NCBI GenBank assembly: GCA_963703735.1
Contig: CAVPFM010000007.1
Location: forward strand, 52,723 to 116,722
Direction: 5' to 3'
DNA from: an uncultured Acidobacteriota bacterium
Lineage (GTDB): Bacteria > Acidobacteriota > Terriglobia > Terriglobales > Acidobacteriaceae
DNA length: 64,000 nt
In this document: piece after piece, positions 44,708-52,965 of the stretch
Layout of the letters: every line of letters begins with the position of its first letter
How positions within the stretch are numbered: position 1 is the first letter of the stretch
The notes under the pieces: generated by a model
What the model was told of the DNA's origin: nothing
The model's input: only the letters and a program-made list of their open reading frames with translations
The model's database searches: none
Made by a program: the position numbers and the translations under genes

Positions 44708-47155
44708 TTAGTGTCGCCCTCCGCCACCGCCGCCGCCGCCGTGGCCTCCATGCCGGCCTCCGCCACCACCGCCGCTGCGGCCTCCGCGACCACGACCTCG
44801 GCCACCGCCGCCACCGCCGCCTGGACGTCCTCCACGGCCACCGCGATCTCCTCCACGGTCACCGCCTCGGGGACGCTCTCCAGCGCCAGCTCCAACCGGC
44901 GGAGCCCCGCCTTCACGATTGAAGTTAGGCTCATCCGGATCATCCGGAAAATCACCGCCGCCTTCGATCACCAGCGTTCCAGCCGGAAGCGGTTCGCCGC
45001 CCTCTTCCGCAGGAACTGCCGGAGCAGCTTCTCCGCCGCCCGAGGCCGCCATCTTCGCGCGCTGCTCTTTCAAAATCGCTTTGCGCGAGAGCCGTATGCG
45101 ATTGCCTTCGACGGCCAGCACCTTTACCAGCACCTGATCGCCTTCCTTCAACTCGTCGCGAACGTCAGCGATCCGATGCTCCGCCACTTCGCTGATGTGC
45201 AACAGGCCCTCCGTGCCCGGAATGATCTCGACGAATGCGCCGAAATCCGCCAGCCGCGTAACCTTGCCAAGGTAAGTCTTCCCGACTTCTGCTGTCGCCG
45301 TGATGTCGCCGATAATCTGCAGCGCCTTCGCCGCCGAAGCCTGATCGCTCGACGCCACCTTGACCAGTCCGGAATCTTCCACGTCGATCTTCACTCCTGT
45401 CTGCTCCACGATGCTGCGGATCATTTTCCCGCCCGGCCCAATCAGATCGCGAATCTTGTCGGTTGGGATCTGCACCGTGTAGAACCTCGGCGCGTAATCG
45501 GAAATCTTCTCGCGGCCCGTCGTGATCACTTCCTCCATCTTGCCGAGGATGTGCATCCGTCCGCGCTGCGCCTGCGACAGCGCCTCGCGCATGATCTGCG
45601 CCGTGATCCCCGCGACTTTGATATCCATTTGCAGCGCGGTAATTCCGTCCTTCGTTCCGGCAACTTTAAAGTCCATGTCGCCGTAGTGATCTTCCGCGCC
45701 CGCGATGTCGGTTAGGATGGCGTAATCGCTGCCTTCTTTTACCAATCCCATCGCAACGCCGGCCACCGGAGCCTTCAGCGGAACGCCTGCATCCATCAGC
45801 GAAAGTGAAGCTCCGCAGACGGTCGCCATCGATGACGATCCGTTCGATTCCAGAATGTCCGAAACCACGCGCATCGCATAAGGCCACTTCTCTTCCAGCG
45901 GCAACACTGCTGAGAGCGCCCTCTCCGCCAGCGCTCCGTGTCCAATCTCGCGCCGTCCCGCACCACGCATAAACGCCACTTCCCCAACCGAAAACGGCGG
46001 AAAATTATAGTGCAGCATGAAGCGCTTTTTGGCTTCGCCTTCGAAACCTTCGAGGCGCTGCATGTCGTCGCTGGTGCCGAGGGTAGTTGTGACCAGGGCT
46101 TGGGTTTCGCCGCGGGTGAAGATTGCGCTGCCGTGCGTCCGCGGAAGGACTCCGGCTTCGATCCAGATTTCGCGGACCTGGTCGAACGCGCGTCCATCGG
46201 GACGGCGCTTCTGATTGATCACCGCCTCGCGGAAGATGCGCTCGCGCAGCGTTTCGTAGTAGTGATCGAGCTTGCGCTTGGCTACTTCGTCGCCTTCGGG
46301 CAGCTCGGCTGCCAGCTTCTTCTTGATGTCCTTCACCAGCGTGTAGCTCTCGGCCTTGGGATGCTTCTTGGTATCGAGCGCGTCGGTGAGTTGCTCGCCC
46401 ACCTTGCCACGCAGGCTGTTGTAGTAGGCGTCATCGAACTGCGGAGGCTCGACTTTACGCTTCGGCTTCCCTGCCTTGTCGCGCAGCTCGTTGATCCCTG
46501 CGCAGACTTTCTTGATCTCGGTGTGTCCGAACTCGATCGCGTCGACAACCGTTTCTTCTTTTACTTCTTTCGCGCCCGACTCGATCATCACGATGCCATC
46601 CGCGGTGCCGACCACCATGATGTTCAGCAGGCTCTCTCGCATTTCGTCGTAGGTTGGATTGACCACGAACGACCCATTCACCAGGCCCACGCGCACTGCG
46701 CCAATCGGGCCAAGGAACGGAATGTCGGAAACGGTCAGAGCCGCCGAAGCGCCATTGATACCGCAAACATCGGGATCGTTATTCGTATCCGCGGAGAGTA
46801 CGAACGCGATGACCTGCGTCTCGCACTTGAATCCCTCGGCAAACATTGGACGCACTGGCCGATCAATCTGCCGGCTGGTGAGGACTTCGCGCTCGCTCAT
46901 CCGGCCTTCGCGCTTGATGAAGCCGCCAGGGAAACGTCCGCCGGCGTAGGTGTACTCGCGATAGTCCACGGTGAGGGGAAAGAAGTCGATGCCTTCGCGC
47001 GGGTCGGCGTTGGCGGTAGCGGTGGCGAGAACGACGTTCTCGCCCATGCGGACGACAGCGGATCCATGGGCCTGCTTGGCCAATTTTCCCGTTTCAAATG
47101 AGATGGATTTTCCGCCGGTCAGACTGACTGTAACTACGGTTGGATCTGGTTTCAT
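44708..47155 (-). CDS. pnp: Polyribonucleotide nucleotidyltransferase (PNPase) with a ~116-aa Gly/Arg-rich C-terminal extension
   Basis: 815 aa. Two RNase PH domains, a KH domain and an S1 domain (GKVTRLADFGAFVEIIPGTEGLLHISE). Then an acidic/Pro segment and the tail ...RGGDRGGDRGGRGGRPGGGGGGGRGRGRGGRSGGGGGGRHGGHGGGGGGGGRH. Confidence 0.95.
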   Translation of the reverse strand: MKPDPTVVTVSLTGGKSISFETGKLAKQAHGSAVVRMGENVVLATATANADPREGIDFFPLTVDYREYTYAGGRFPGGFIKREGRMSEREVLTSRQIDRPVRPMFAEGFKCETQVIAFVLSADTNNDPDVCGINGASAALTVSDIPFLGPIGAVRVGLVNGSFVVNPTYDEMRESLLNIMVVGTADGIVMIESGAKEVKEETVVDAIEFGHTEIKKVCAGINELRDKAGKPKRKVEPPQFDDAYYNSLRGKVGEQLTDALDTKKHPKAESYTLVKDIKKKLAAELPEGDEVAKRKLDHYYETLRERIFREAVINQKRRPDGRAFDQVREIWIEAGVLPRTHGSAIFTRGETQALVTTTLGTSDDMQRLEGFEGEAKKRFMLHYNFPPFSVGEVAFMRGAGRREIGHGALAERALSAVLPLEEKWPYAMRVVSDILESNGSSSMATVCGASLSLMDAGVPLKAPVAGVAMGLVKEGSDYAILTDIAGAEDHYGDMDFKVAGTKDGITALQMDIKVAGITAQIMREALSQAQRGRMHILGKMEEVITTGREKISDYAPRFYTVQIPTDKIRDLIGPGGKMIRSIVEQTGVKIDVEDSGLVKVASSDQASAAKALQIIGDITATAEVGKTYLGKVTRLADFGAFVEIIPGTEGLLHISEVAEHRIADVRDELKEGDQVLVKVLAVEGNRIRLSRKAILKEQRAKMAASGGGEAAPAVPAEEGGEPLPAGTLVIEGGGDFPDDPDEPNFNREGGAPPVGAGAGERPRGGDRGGDRGGRGGRPGGGGGGGRGRGRGGRSGGGGGGRHGGHGGGGGGGGRH

Positions 47156-47514
47156 GAATTGATTTCCTTTGGAGTGCTTAGAGCCGTGAGCCTTGAGCTA
47201 GGAGCGAGCGGGCGCCACATCCTTCGCGGTTTTCGAAGGGTGAGGATGTTGACGTAAGGTAGGCACACCTCACCCGACATCACCCTGGTGTGGAGATAGG
47301 CTGCGCTTGAAAAACGCACGTGTGGAGATTTCCTCGATGCTGCCGTTTCACCAGAAACGGCGCTCAGAAATAGCCCCGGGAAAGAAAGTTTCAAGGTTTC
47401 GAGATTCTCAATGTTTCAAGGTTCCGTTGGAAACCTTGAAACGTTGTCACTTTGAAACCTGGATGGATGCCCGCCGGTCGACGTTGTCGAAGCGAAGGGA
47501 TTCCCGGGTCAAGA
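47156..47514 (-). promoter_or_regulatory. Structured rpsO-pnp intergenic leader (multiple hairpins)
   Basis: 359 nt. Hairpin GTTTCAAGGTTCC-gtt-GGAAACCTTGAAAC (47413-47442), with extra arm copies at 47388-47400 and 47452-47460. GCCGTTTC-acca-GAAACGGC at 47342-47361. GGGTGAGG/CCTCACCC at 47238-47275. Confidence 0.5.
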
Positions 47515-47781
47515 CTACTTGCGGATGCCGAGTTTGGTAATGACGGTCTTGTATTTCTCGGTATCGTATTTCTTGAGGTAGTCGAGCAAGCTACGGCGCT
47601 TGCTGACCAGCATGAGAAGTCCGCGGCGTGAACCGTGGTCTTTCTGGTGCGTCTTGAAGTGCTCCGTCAACTGTCCAATACGTTCGCTAAGCAGGGCGAT
47701 CTGAACCTCGGGGCTGCCGGTATCGCTCGCAGTTCTCCCGTACTGGTCAATGAGGGATTTCTTTTGCTCTCTGGCTAACAC
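47515..47781 (-). CDS. rpsO: 30S ribosomal protein S15
   Basis: 88 aa, GTG start. S15 signature [48 protein letters not shown]. Confidence 0.95.
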   Translation of the reverse strand: MLAREQKKSLIDQYGRTASDTGSPEVQIALLSERIGQLTEHFKTHQKDHGSRRGLLMLVSKRRSLLDYLKKYDTEKYKTVITKLGIRK

Positions 47782-47891
47782 TAAACTGGTGCACTCCTGT
47801 TCTTAATCGATTGTCTTTGTGACGCTTACGAGGATATCACGGGGGCTTGAAGACGGTAAAGGCTAAGCCGCGTCGATCGATTCCAGACCCC

Positions 47892-47950
47892 GGGGGGTGC
47901 CCCACCCTTCTTTCGCGTTCTTTGCGAAAGAGGGTGGGGATTCTGATTTT
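47892..47950. repeat. Palindromic element family, copy C
   Basis: GGGGTGCCCCACCCTTCTTTCGCgttctttGCGAAAGAGGGTGGGGATTCTGATTTT forms a stem of about 16 bp (47900-47916 / 47924-47939). Upstream of rpsO. Confidence 0.8.
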
Positions 47951-48253
47951 CGTGGACGACCAAGAAAATCGCTGCCCGAGCGACGCTTGGAGCGGCGCAC
48001 CCCCGAAACGAGAGGAGTAGGCTGGGGCCATGAAACCATGCATCTTTTGTGGCACGCCGTCCGATTCCAAGGAGGATTTGTTTCCGCGTTGGATTCTGAA
48101 GCGGGTCGTCACTCGCCAGCCGCTCTATCGCAAGATGGGGGACATGCAGCACGTCTCCGTGTCGCCAGCGAAAAACCCCAAATTCCCCTTGCCCGCTCCA
48201 ACGTTGCGAGCTAACGTGTGGTGCCCGAATTCGTTCGACAGGAGTTCACCCCT

Positions 48254-48688
48254 ATGTCGGCCGACGAAAACATCCAACTGATGCGCCGCTGGTTTCAGGA
48301 AGTATGGAATGAGGGCCGAACCGATACGATTCGCGAGTTGCTGGCTCCGAATGCGGTAGCCATCGGACAAAGAGGCGCGGACGCGAAGATTCACGGGCCA
48401 GAGGAATTCGATGCGTTCGTGCGCGAAATTCGCGGCGCGTTTCCGGATATCAGAGTCACCGTCGAAGACGTCTTTGGCGCCGGCGATAAAGTTGTCCTGC
48501 GCTGGTCGGCAGTTATGACTCACACGGGAGCTGCGCCTGGCCTTCCTGCCAGTGGCCGCACGGTGCGAAGTCGAGGCATCACGATCGCGCGGATTGTTGA
48601 CGGAAAGATCGTCGAGGGCTGGGATAACTGGGACCAACTCGGAATGCTCCAGCAAATCGGCGTGTACCCACAGCCCGTCGCAGCGTGA
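48254..48688 (+). CDS. SnoaL-like / ester cyclase family protein
   Basis: Start re-set to the ATG at 48254, with GGAG 9 nt upstream. Family hallmarks: N-terminal NIQLMRRWFQEVWNEGR and C-terminal GKIVEGWDNWD. Confidence 0.75.
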   Translation: MSADENIQLMRRWFQEVWNEGRTDTIRELLAPNAVAIGQRGADAKIHGPEEFDAFVREIRGAFPDIRVTVEDVFGAGDKVVLRWSAVMTHTGAAPGLPASGRTVRSRGITIARIVDGKIVEGWDNWDQLGMLQQIGVYPQPVAA

Positions 48689-48753
48689 GGCATATGCGGG
48701 ATACTGGGCCCTGAGGTTTTAGGCCTTGGCTTGCCGCCAGCACGAAAGCGGCT

Positions 48754-48787
48754 GCCCCCACCTTTGACGCTTTCGAATCGTGGGGGC
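48754..48787. repeat. Divergent palindromic element, copy D
   Basis: GCCCCCAC-ctttgacgctttcgaatc-GTGGGGGC, between convergent genes. Confidence 0.5.
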
Positions 48788-48793
48788 TTCGGC

Positions 48794-49723
48794 TTACGCG
48801 GCCTCCAGGGCCTTGCGGTCCCACTTCGCCGTGGTCGCTCCCGCATCGTATGTGCTCTGGAGAAACTCGAGCAACGCCGTGCTTGGCGATTTCGCACTCC
48901 TGACGTCGTCATACATCAAGAGGTACTCGCCCATGCCAGAGTGATAGAACGCCTCGCCAGGTCGCACGGTTTGTTCAGCGAATCCGGGCGCGGCGGGCGC
49001 GGCATAGCAATAGAACGCCGCTTCTTTGACCTCTCCGCCGCCGGGCCACCAGCCTGCGCTGATCACCTCATGCGAATACGCCTCCTGCATGATCTTGCGG
49101 AGGACCGGATCGGCGTCGTTACGCTCGGGAGCGCGCCGGCCTGAAAAACGCGTAACCGCCAGATCGAAGCTACCCCAGAAGAAATGCACGGGACTGGACT
49201 TGCCGATGAAACGCGAACGGAAGACTTTGAATACATCGTCCGCCGAGAGCAGAATCCGCCATAACCGCCGTGCGGATTCGCCATCGTAAGCAGCGTGAAC
49301 CGTATCCTGATCGAAGGGGATGGGATCGGCGACTTCCACTGGCACCTTCCAGATTTGTACCTCGATATCCAGCGAGCGGAGCGCGGACCTCAGTTCGCTG
49401 TAAAAATCGGCCACCGAACGCGGCGCTAGCGCTACAGACGCGGTCTTCGGATCGGAAGTACGAATCACCAGCTTGCTCTGGTGAAAATCAAACTCCATTT
49501 CGAAGGAGCGGCTTCCGTAAGGCATCATGGAGGTTGTGAGCCCGCATGAACTCACGTACAGCGGCACATTCCACCAGTGATTCACCTTCGGGGTGAGTGC
49601 GAGGCGTATCTTTCCGACGATCTGCGTCCACATGTGCAGCGTGGCGCAGGTGTCTTTCCAGTCAGCCAGCCGAAGCATCGGCCAGCATTCCGACAAATCC
49701 GAGATGTTGGTTGCCTTGGTCAC
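48794..49723 (-). CDS. DUF5996 family protein
   Basis: Conserved N-terminal region WPMLRLADWKDTCATLHMWTQIVGKIRLALTP. Preferred start is the GTG at 49723, with AGGAG 6 nt upstream. The track start, TTG at 49765, overlaps the cpaF2 stop. Confidence 0.7.
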   Translation of the reverse strand: MTKATNISDLSECWPMLRLADWKDTCATLHMWTQIVGKIRLALTPKVNHWWNVPLYVSSCGLTTSMMPYGSRSFEMEFDFHQSKLVIRTSDPKTASVALAPRSVADFYSELRSALRSLDIEVQIWKVPVEVADPIPFDQDTVHAAYDGESARRLWRILLSADDVFKVFRSRFIGKSSPVHFFWGSFDLAVTRFSGRRAPERNDADPVLRKIMQEAYSHEVISAGWWPGGGEVKEAAFYCYAAPAAPGFAEQTVRPGEAFYHSGMGEYLLMYDDVRSAKSPSTALLEFLQSTYDAGATTAKWDRKALEAA

Positions 49724-49761
49724 GGAATGCTCCTGTGAGTCTCGCAGCAGTTTCTCACCGT

Positions 49762-51120
49762 TCAACTCCGCTTTCGGCCGAGTTGATCGAACATGTCTAT
49801 TGGCAGATCGTATCCTGCGGCCTTGAGGCGCTCAGCAAATTTGGGACGGATTCCAGCCGCAGTGAAAGCTCCTACCACGCGGCCTTCCGCGGAAACTCCC
49901 TGTTTCTCGAAAGTAAACAGATCCTGCATGCTGACGACGTCAGACTCCATGCCGGTGATCTCGGTAATGTGCGTCAGACGCCGCGTGCCGTCGGTGAAGC
50001 GCGCTACCTGAAGGATCAGGCTCACCGCCGACGCGATCTGCTTGCGAATGGCTTTTTCTGGCAAGTTCAGGTTCGTCATCATAGCCATGGTTTCAATGCG
50101 AGCGAGAGCGTCGCGCGGGCTGTTGGCGTGGATCGTGGTCATCGATCCGTCATGGCCGGTGTTCATCGCTTGCAACATGTCGAGAGCTTCTTCGCCCCGC
50201 ACCTCGCCAACCACGATGCGATTGGGCCGCATGCGGAGGCTGTTGATCACCAACTGCCGCGCGTGAACGGCTCCCTTGCCGTCCGGATCGGGAGGACGGC
50301 ATTCCAGCCGGACAACGTGCCGCTGCTTCAGTTGCAACTCCGCGGAGTCTTCGATGGTGACGATGCGTTCTTTTGCCGAGATATATCCGGAAAGGACGTT
50401 GAGCAGCGTCGTCTTGCCCGCACCTGTTCCGCCCGAGATGATGATGTTGAGACGCGCTGCCACCGCGGCTTTCAGCAGCGACAGCATGGGCGCGGTCAGA
50501 GTCTGATTGGCGACGAGGTCGGCGTCGGTGATAGGAGTGTGGCCGAAGCGGCGGATCGAAAGATGAGGACCGTCGAGCGCCAGCGGCGGAAGGATGACGT
50601 TGACGCGGGATCCGTCGGCTAGGCGGGCATCGACCATGGGAGAAGACTCGTCGACGCGGCGTCCGATCGCGGAGACGATCTTCTGGATGATGCGCATCAG
50701 GTGCGCGTCGTCCTTGAAGACAACTTTGGTTTCCTCGAGCATTCCGCCGCGCTCGACGTAGACTTCTTTGGCGCCATTGACCAGGATGTCGCTCACGCCG
50801 GGATCTTGCAGCAGCGGCTCAAGCGGGCCGAGTCCGAAGACTTCTTCGAGAATTTCGCGGGAGAGTTGCTCTTTCTCTGGAGCGGAAAGTGGGGCTTTGA
50901 GATGCGCAACCACGTCCTGAATGACGGCGAACACCTGGAAGCGCGTGCGGTCGTCGGGAACGGCAGCGATCTGTTCGAGATCGAGTTTATTGAGCAGGTA
51001 GCGATGGATCCCGTGCTTGAGATCCTGATAGGCGCGAAAGTCGAGTCCGGCGGGCTTTTGAGGCAGGCCTGAAGTGAGAGGCTTGGCCGCGAGCGAGGGA
51101 GCTATTTCAGGCTTGCCCAT
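49762..51120 (-). CDS. Second, orphan CpaF/TadA-family secretion ATPase
   Basis: 452 aa. Alignable by eye with cpaF (31234-32529) over the whole core. Shared runs include [59 protein letters not shown] and HANSPRDA. No other tad genes are adjacent. Confidence 0.9.
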   Translation of the reverse strand: MGKPEIAPSLAAKPLTSGLPQKPAGLDFRAYQDLKHGIHRYLLNKLDLEQIAAVPDDRTRFQVFAVIQDVVAHLKAPLSAPEKEQLSREILEEVFGLGPLEPLLQDPGVSDILVNGAKEVYVERGGMLEETKVVFKDDAHLMRIIQKIVSAIGRRVDESSPMVDARLADGSRVNVILPPLALDGPHLSIRRFGHTPITDADLVANQTLTAPMLSLLKAAVAARLNIIISGGTGAGKTTLLNVLSGYISAKERIVTIEDSAELQLKQRHVVRLECRPPDPDGKGAVHARQLVINSLRMRPNRIVVGEVRGEEALDMLQAMNTGHDGSMTTIHANSPRDALARIETMAMMTNLNLPEKAIRKQIASAVSLILQVARFTDGTRRLTHITEITGMESDVVSMQDLFTFEKQGVSAEGRVVGAFTAAGIRPKFAERLKAAGYDLPIDMFDQLGRKRS

Positions 51121-51237
51121 AGATATTCAATACCACGACAAGGCAAGAATTGTAGGGCTCGGCCAGAGGAAAGGAAAGCCCTGCGTCTCATCGCCGCGGC
51201 TGGCTGAGAGAAGCAGGGCTGATTCGTGGTGCGCTGA

Positions 51238-51996
51238 CTAGCCGACGAGCGTGAAATTGACTTGCACTTGGGTCTCGACTTCGACTGGCTGCTGGTTCAG
51301 CCGATAGGGTTTGTACTTCCACTGCTTCACGGCTTCGATGGCTGCGGGCGCGAGTTCGGGATGTCCGCTGATCAGTTCGATATTCTCGACATCGCCTTCC
51401 TTGCTGACGATGACCTTGAGAATGACAACGCCTTGAATGTGGGAATCCTTGGCTGCTTGCGGGTAAATCGGTGGCACTTTCTTGGCAACGAATGCGGACT
51501 CCACGCTCGATGAGACGCGTACGCGCTGCGGAGGAGGAAACAGTTTGCCCGAATCGACAGCGCCGACAATTCCTCCTTGTTGCCCGGGTTTGGCTCCGCC
51601 GGGAATGTCACCCGCAACCCCTTCCGCGGCAGGCTTATCGGAAAGCGTGAAGTTTACCGTGACCTGAGTTTCCACCGCGATAGGATCGCCGTTCAGAAGA
51701 TACGGTTTGTACTTCCACTGCTTGACGGCTTCGATGGCTGCAGGAACAAGCATGGGGTGTCCGCTGAGCATCTCAATGTTCTCAACGTCTCCGCCTTTTG
51801 TGAGTCGCACTTTCACTACAACCGTGCCCTGAACCCTCGCCTTGCGAGCGGCCTCGGGATAGATTGGTGGCACCTTTTTCAGGACGTAGCCCGACATGAC
51901 GTCTCTGGAAACGCGTACGCGCTCAGGGTGAACTTGAGCAATGGCGATCGAGGCGCAACCGATCAGGAGAAAAGATGCTGCGAGACGACGGGACAT
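51238..51996 (-). CDS. Secreted protein with two tandem TonB-C-like domains
   Basis: Start re-set to the ATG at 51996 (GGAGG SD sequence; signal peptide MSRRLAASFLLIGCASIAIAQ). Two ~93-aa repeats (aa 26-118 and 157-250) share KKVPPIYP, GDVENIE, SGHP, PAAIEAVKQWKYKPY and VNFTL. Confidence 0.8.
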   Translation of the reverse strand: MSRRLAASFLLIGCASIAIAQVHPERVRVSRDVMSGYVLKKVPPIYPEAARKARVQGTVVVKVRLTKGGDVENIEMLSGHPMLVPAAIEAVKQWKYKPYLLNGDPIAVETQVTVNFTLSDKPAAEGVAGDIPGGAKPGQQGGIVGAVDSGKLFPPPQRVRVSSSVESAFVAKKVPPIYPQAAKDSHIQGVVILKVIVSKEGDVENIELISGHPELAPAAIEAVKQWKYKPYRLNQQPVEVETQVQVNFTLVG

Positions 51997-52079
51997 TGAG
52001 ACCTCCACAGACGTGATGTCGCGGGTCGTTCGAGACCCGTTTCGTGTACCGGGGATTGGACCGCTGGGAACCTGCGTTA

Positions 52080-52892
52080 TTAGACGCCGATATGATCGGA
52101 TTTGTTCCCGGAGATGCGCGATACGAATCCCGCGATCGCTTCGAGAACGGCTTCGGGCTGATCGCGTTGCGGAGAGTGACGGCAATCCGGAAGAGCGAGA
52201 ATCACAACCGGTCCTGCACTCTGCTTCGCGATGGCTTCCACTTGGGCCATGGTTCCGTACTGGTCGTTGAGGCCCTGAATCACGAGGATCGGGCAGGTAA
52301 TGCGCGGGAGATATTCTTCGATGGTCCAGCAGCGGAAGTCGGGATGAAGCCAGATGTCGTTCCATCCCCAGAAGGTTCGGGCGGCGTCGCGATGATGACG
52401 GGCGAGTTTCTCCGGCACGTTTGTGGTCCGGAATTTCACTTTGGCTTCGGCGATGCTAGTCACGCTGAGGCCCTCGACAAAAACGTGAGGCGCAAGAAGG
52501 ACAAGACCAAGCACGCGATCGTGGGCTCCAGCGTGGATGAGAGCGATGGAGGCTCCGTCGCTGTCGCCGATCAGGATGGGTTCATCGATTTCGAGTTGCC
52601 CCAAAAGATCGGGGAGAGTAGTGAGGGCTTCGTCGTGCATGTAGGTTACGGCGCGAGCTTCGGCGAGCAGGTCTGAATTGCCGGAACCGTAGCGCGAATA
52701 AACGGAGACCGGACATCCCGTGGCATCGGCGACGCGCGCGGGAAAATCTTTCCAGTGTGAGACCGAGCCGAGGCCTTCATGCAGAAAGACCAGCTCTGGA
52801 GCTTGCGGGACGCGTCCCGGGACGCGGAAGACTTCAAGGCTGTGGCCTTGGACGGTGAGTTGGAATGTTTGGCAGTTGGGGGCTGGATTCAT
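52080..52892 (-). CDS. Alpha/beta hydrolase
   Basis: Start re-set to the ATG at 52892 (MNPAPNCQTF...), because the track extension overlaps the divergent gene. Oxyanion-type FLHEGLGS; nucleophile elbow GDSDG. Confidence 0.75.
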   Translation of the reverse strand: MNPAPNCQTFQLTVQGHSLEVFRVPGRVPQAPELVFLHEGLGSVSHWKDFPARVADATGCPVSVYSRYGSGNSDLLAEARAVTYMHDEALTTLPDLLGQLEIDEPILIGDSDGASIALIHAGAHDRVLGLVLLAPHVFVEGLSVTSIAEAKVKFRTTNVPEKLARHHRDAARTFWGWNDIWLHPDFRCWTIEEYLPRITCPILVIQGLNDQYGTMAQVEAIAKQSAGPVVILALPDCRHSPQRDQPEAVLEAIAGFVSRISGNKSDHIGV

Positions 52893-52965
52893 ATTGGCGC
52901 ACGGCGTCTTGATACTGCATCGAAGGTTCAAGATATCGTAAGCTATAGACAGGCACAGGAGGGAT

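Noticed and set aside
44711-44880. Highly repetitive GC-rich (GGN)n DNA that could be mistaken for a tandem repeat or CRISPR-like array.
   Set aside because: It is in frame with pnp and encodes the Gly/Arg tail. There is no repeat-spacer organisation. No CRISPR array was seen anywhere in the window.
48030-48281. 83-aa ORF starting MKPCIFCGTPSDSKEDLFPRWILKRV, which looks like the N-terminus of a Cys-containing nuclease/HNH-like or abortive-infection-type protein.
   Set aside because: Only the first ~30 aa look protein-like. The rest is low quality and runs into the SnoaL-like gene. It may be a gene remnant, but I cannot support a call without a database search.
41847-48787. Palindromic elements considered as remnants of an IS or MITE with a nearby transposase.
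   Set aside because: No transposase, integrase or clear target-site duplication is visible in the window. They are kept as REP-like repeats only.
49762-49765. Translational coupling of cpaF2 and DUF5996 through a TTGA overlap.
   Set aside because: A GTG at 49723 with a well-spaced AGGAG is a more convincing DUF5996 start. Coupling through the overlap is therefore not asserted, only same-strand adjacency.
51997-52365. N-terminal extensions in the ORF track: 51238-52365, 52080-53288, 32363-33508, 42274-43710, 39183-40940, 58969-60147, 10783-11724, 28505-29977 and 27348-27584.
   Set aside because: The extensions overlap neighbouring genes or repeat elements and have Arg/Ser/Pro-rich composition. 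They precede an internal ATG or GTG that has an SD sequence and/or a clean signal peptide. Shorter gene models were adopted.
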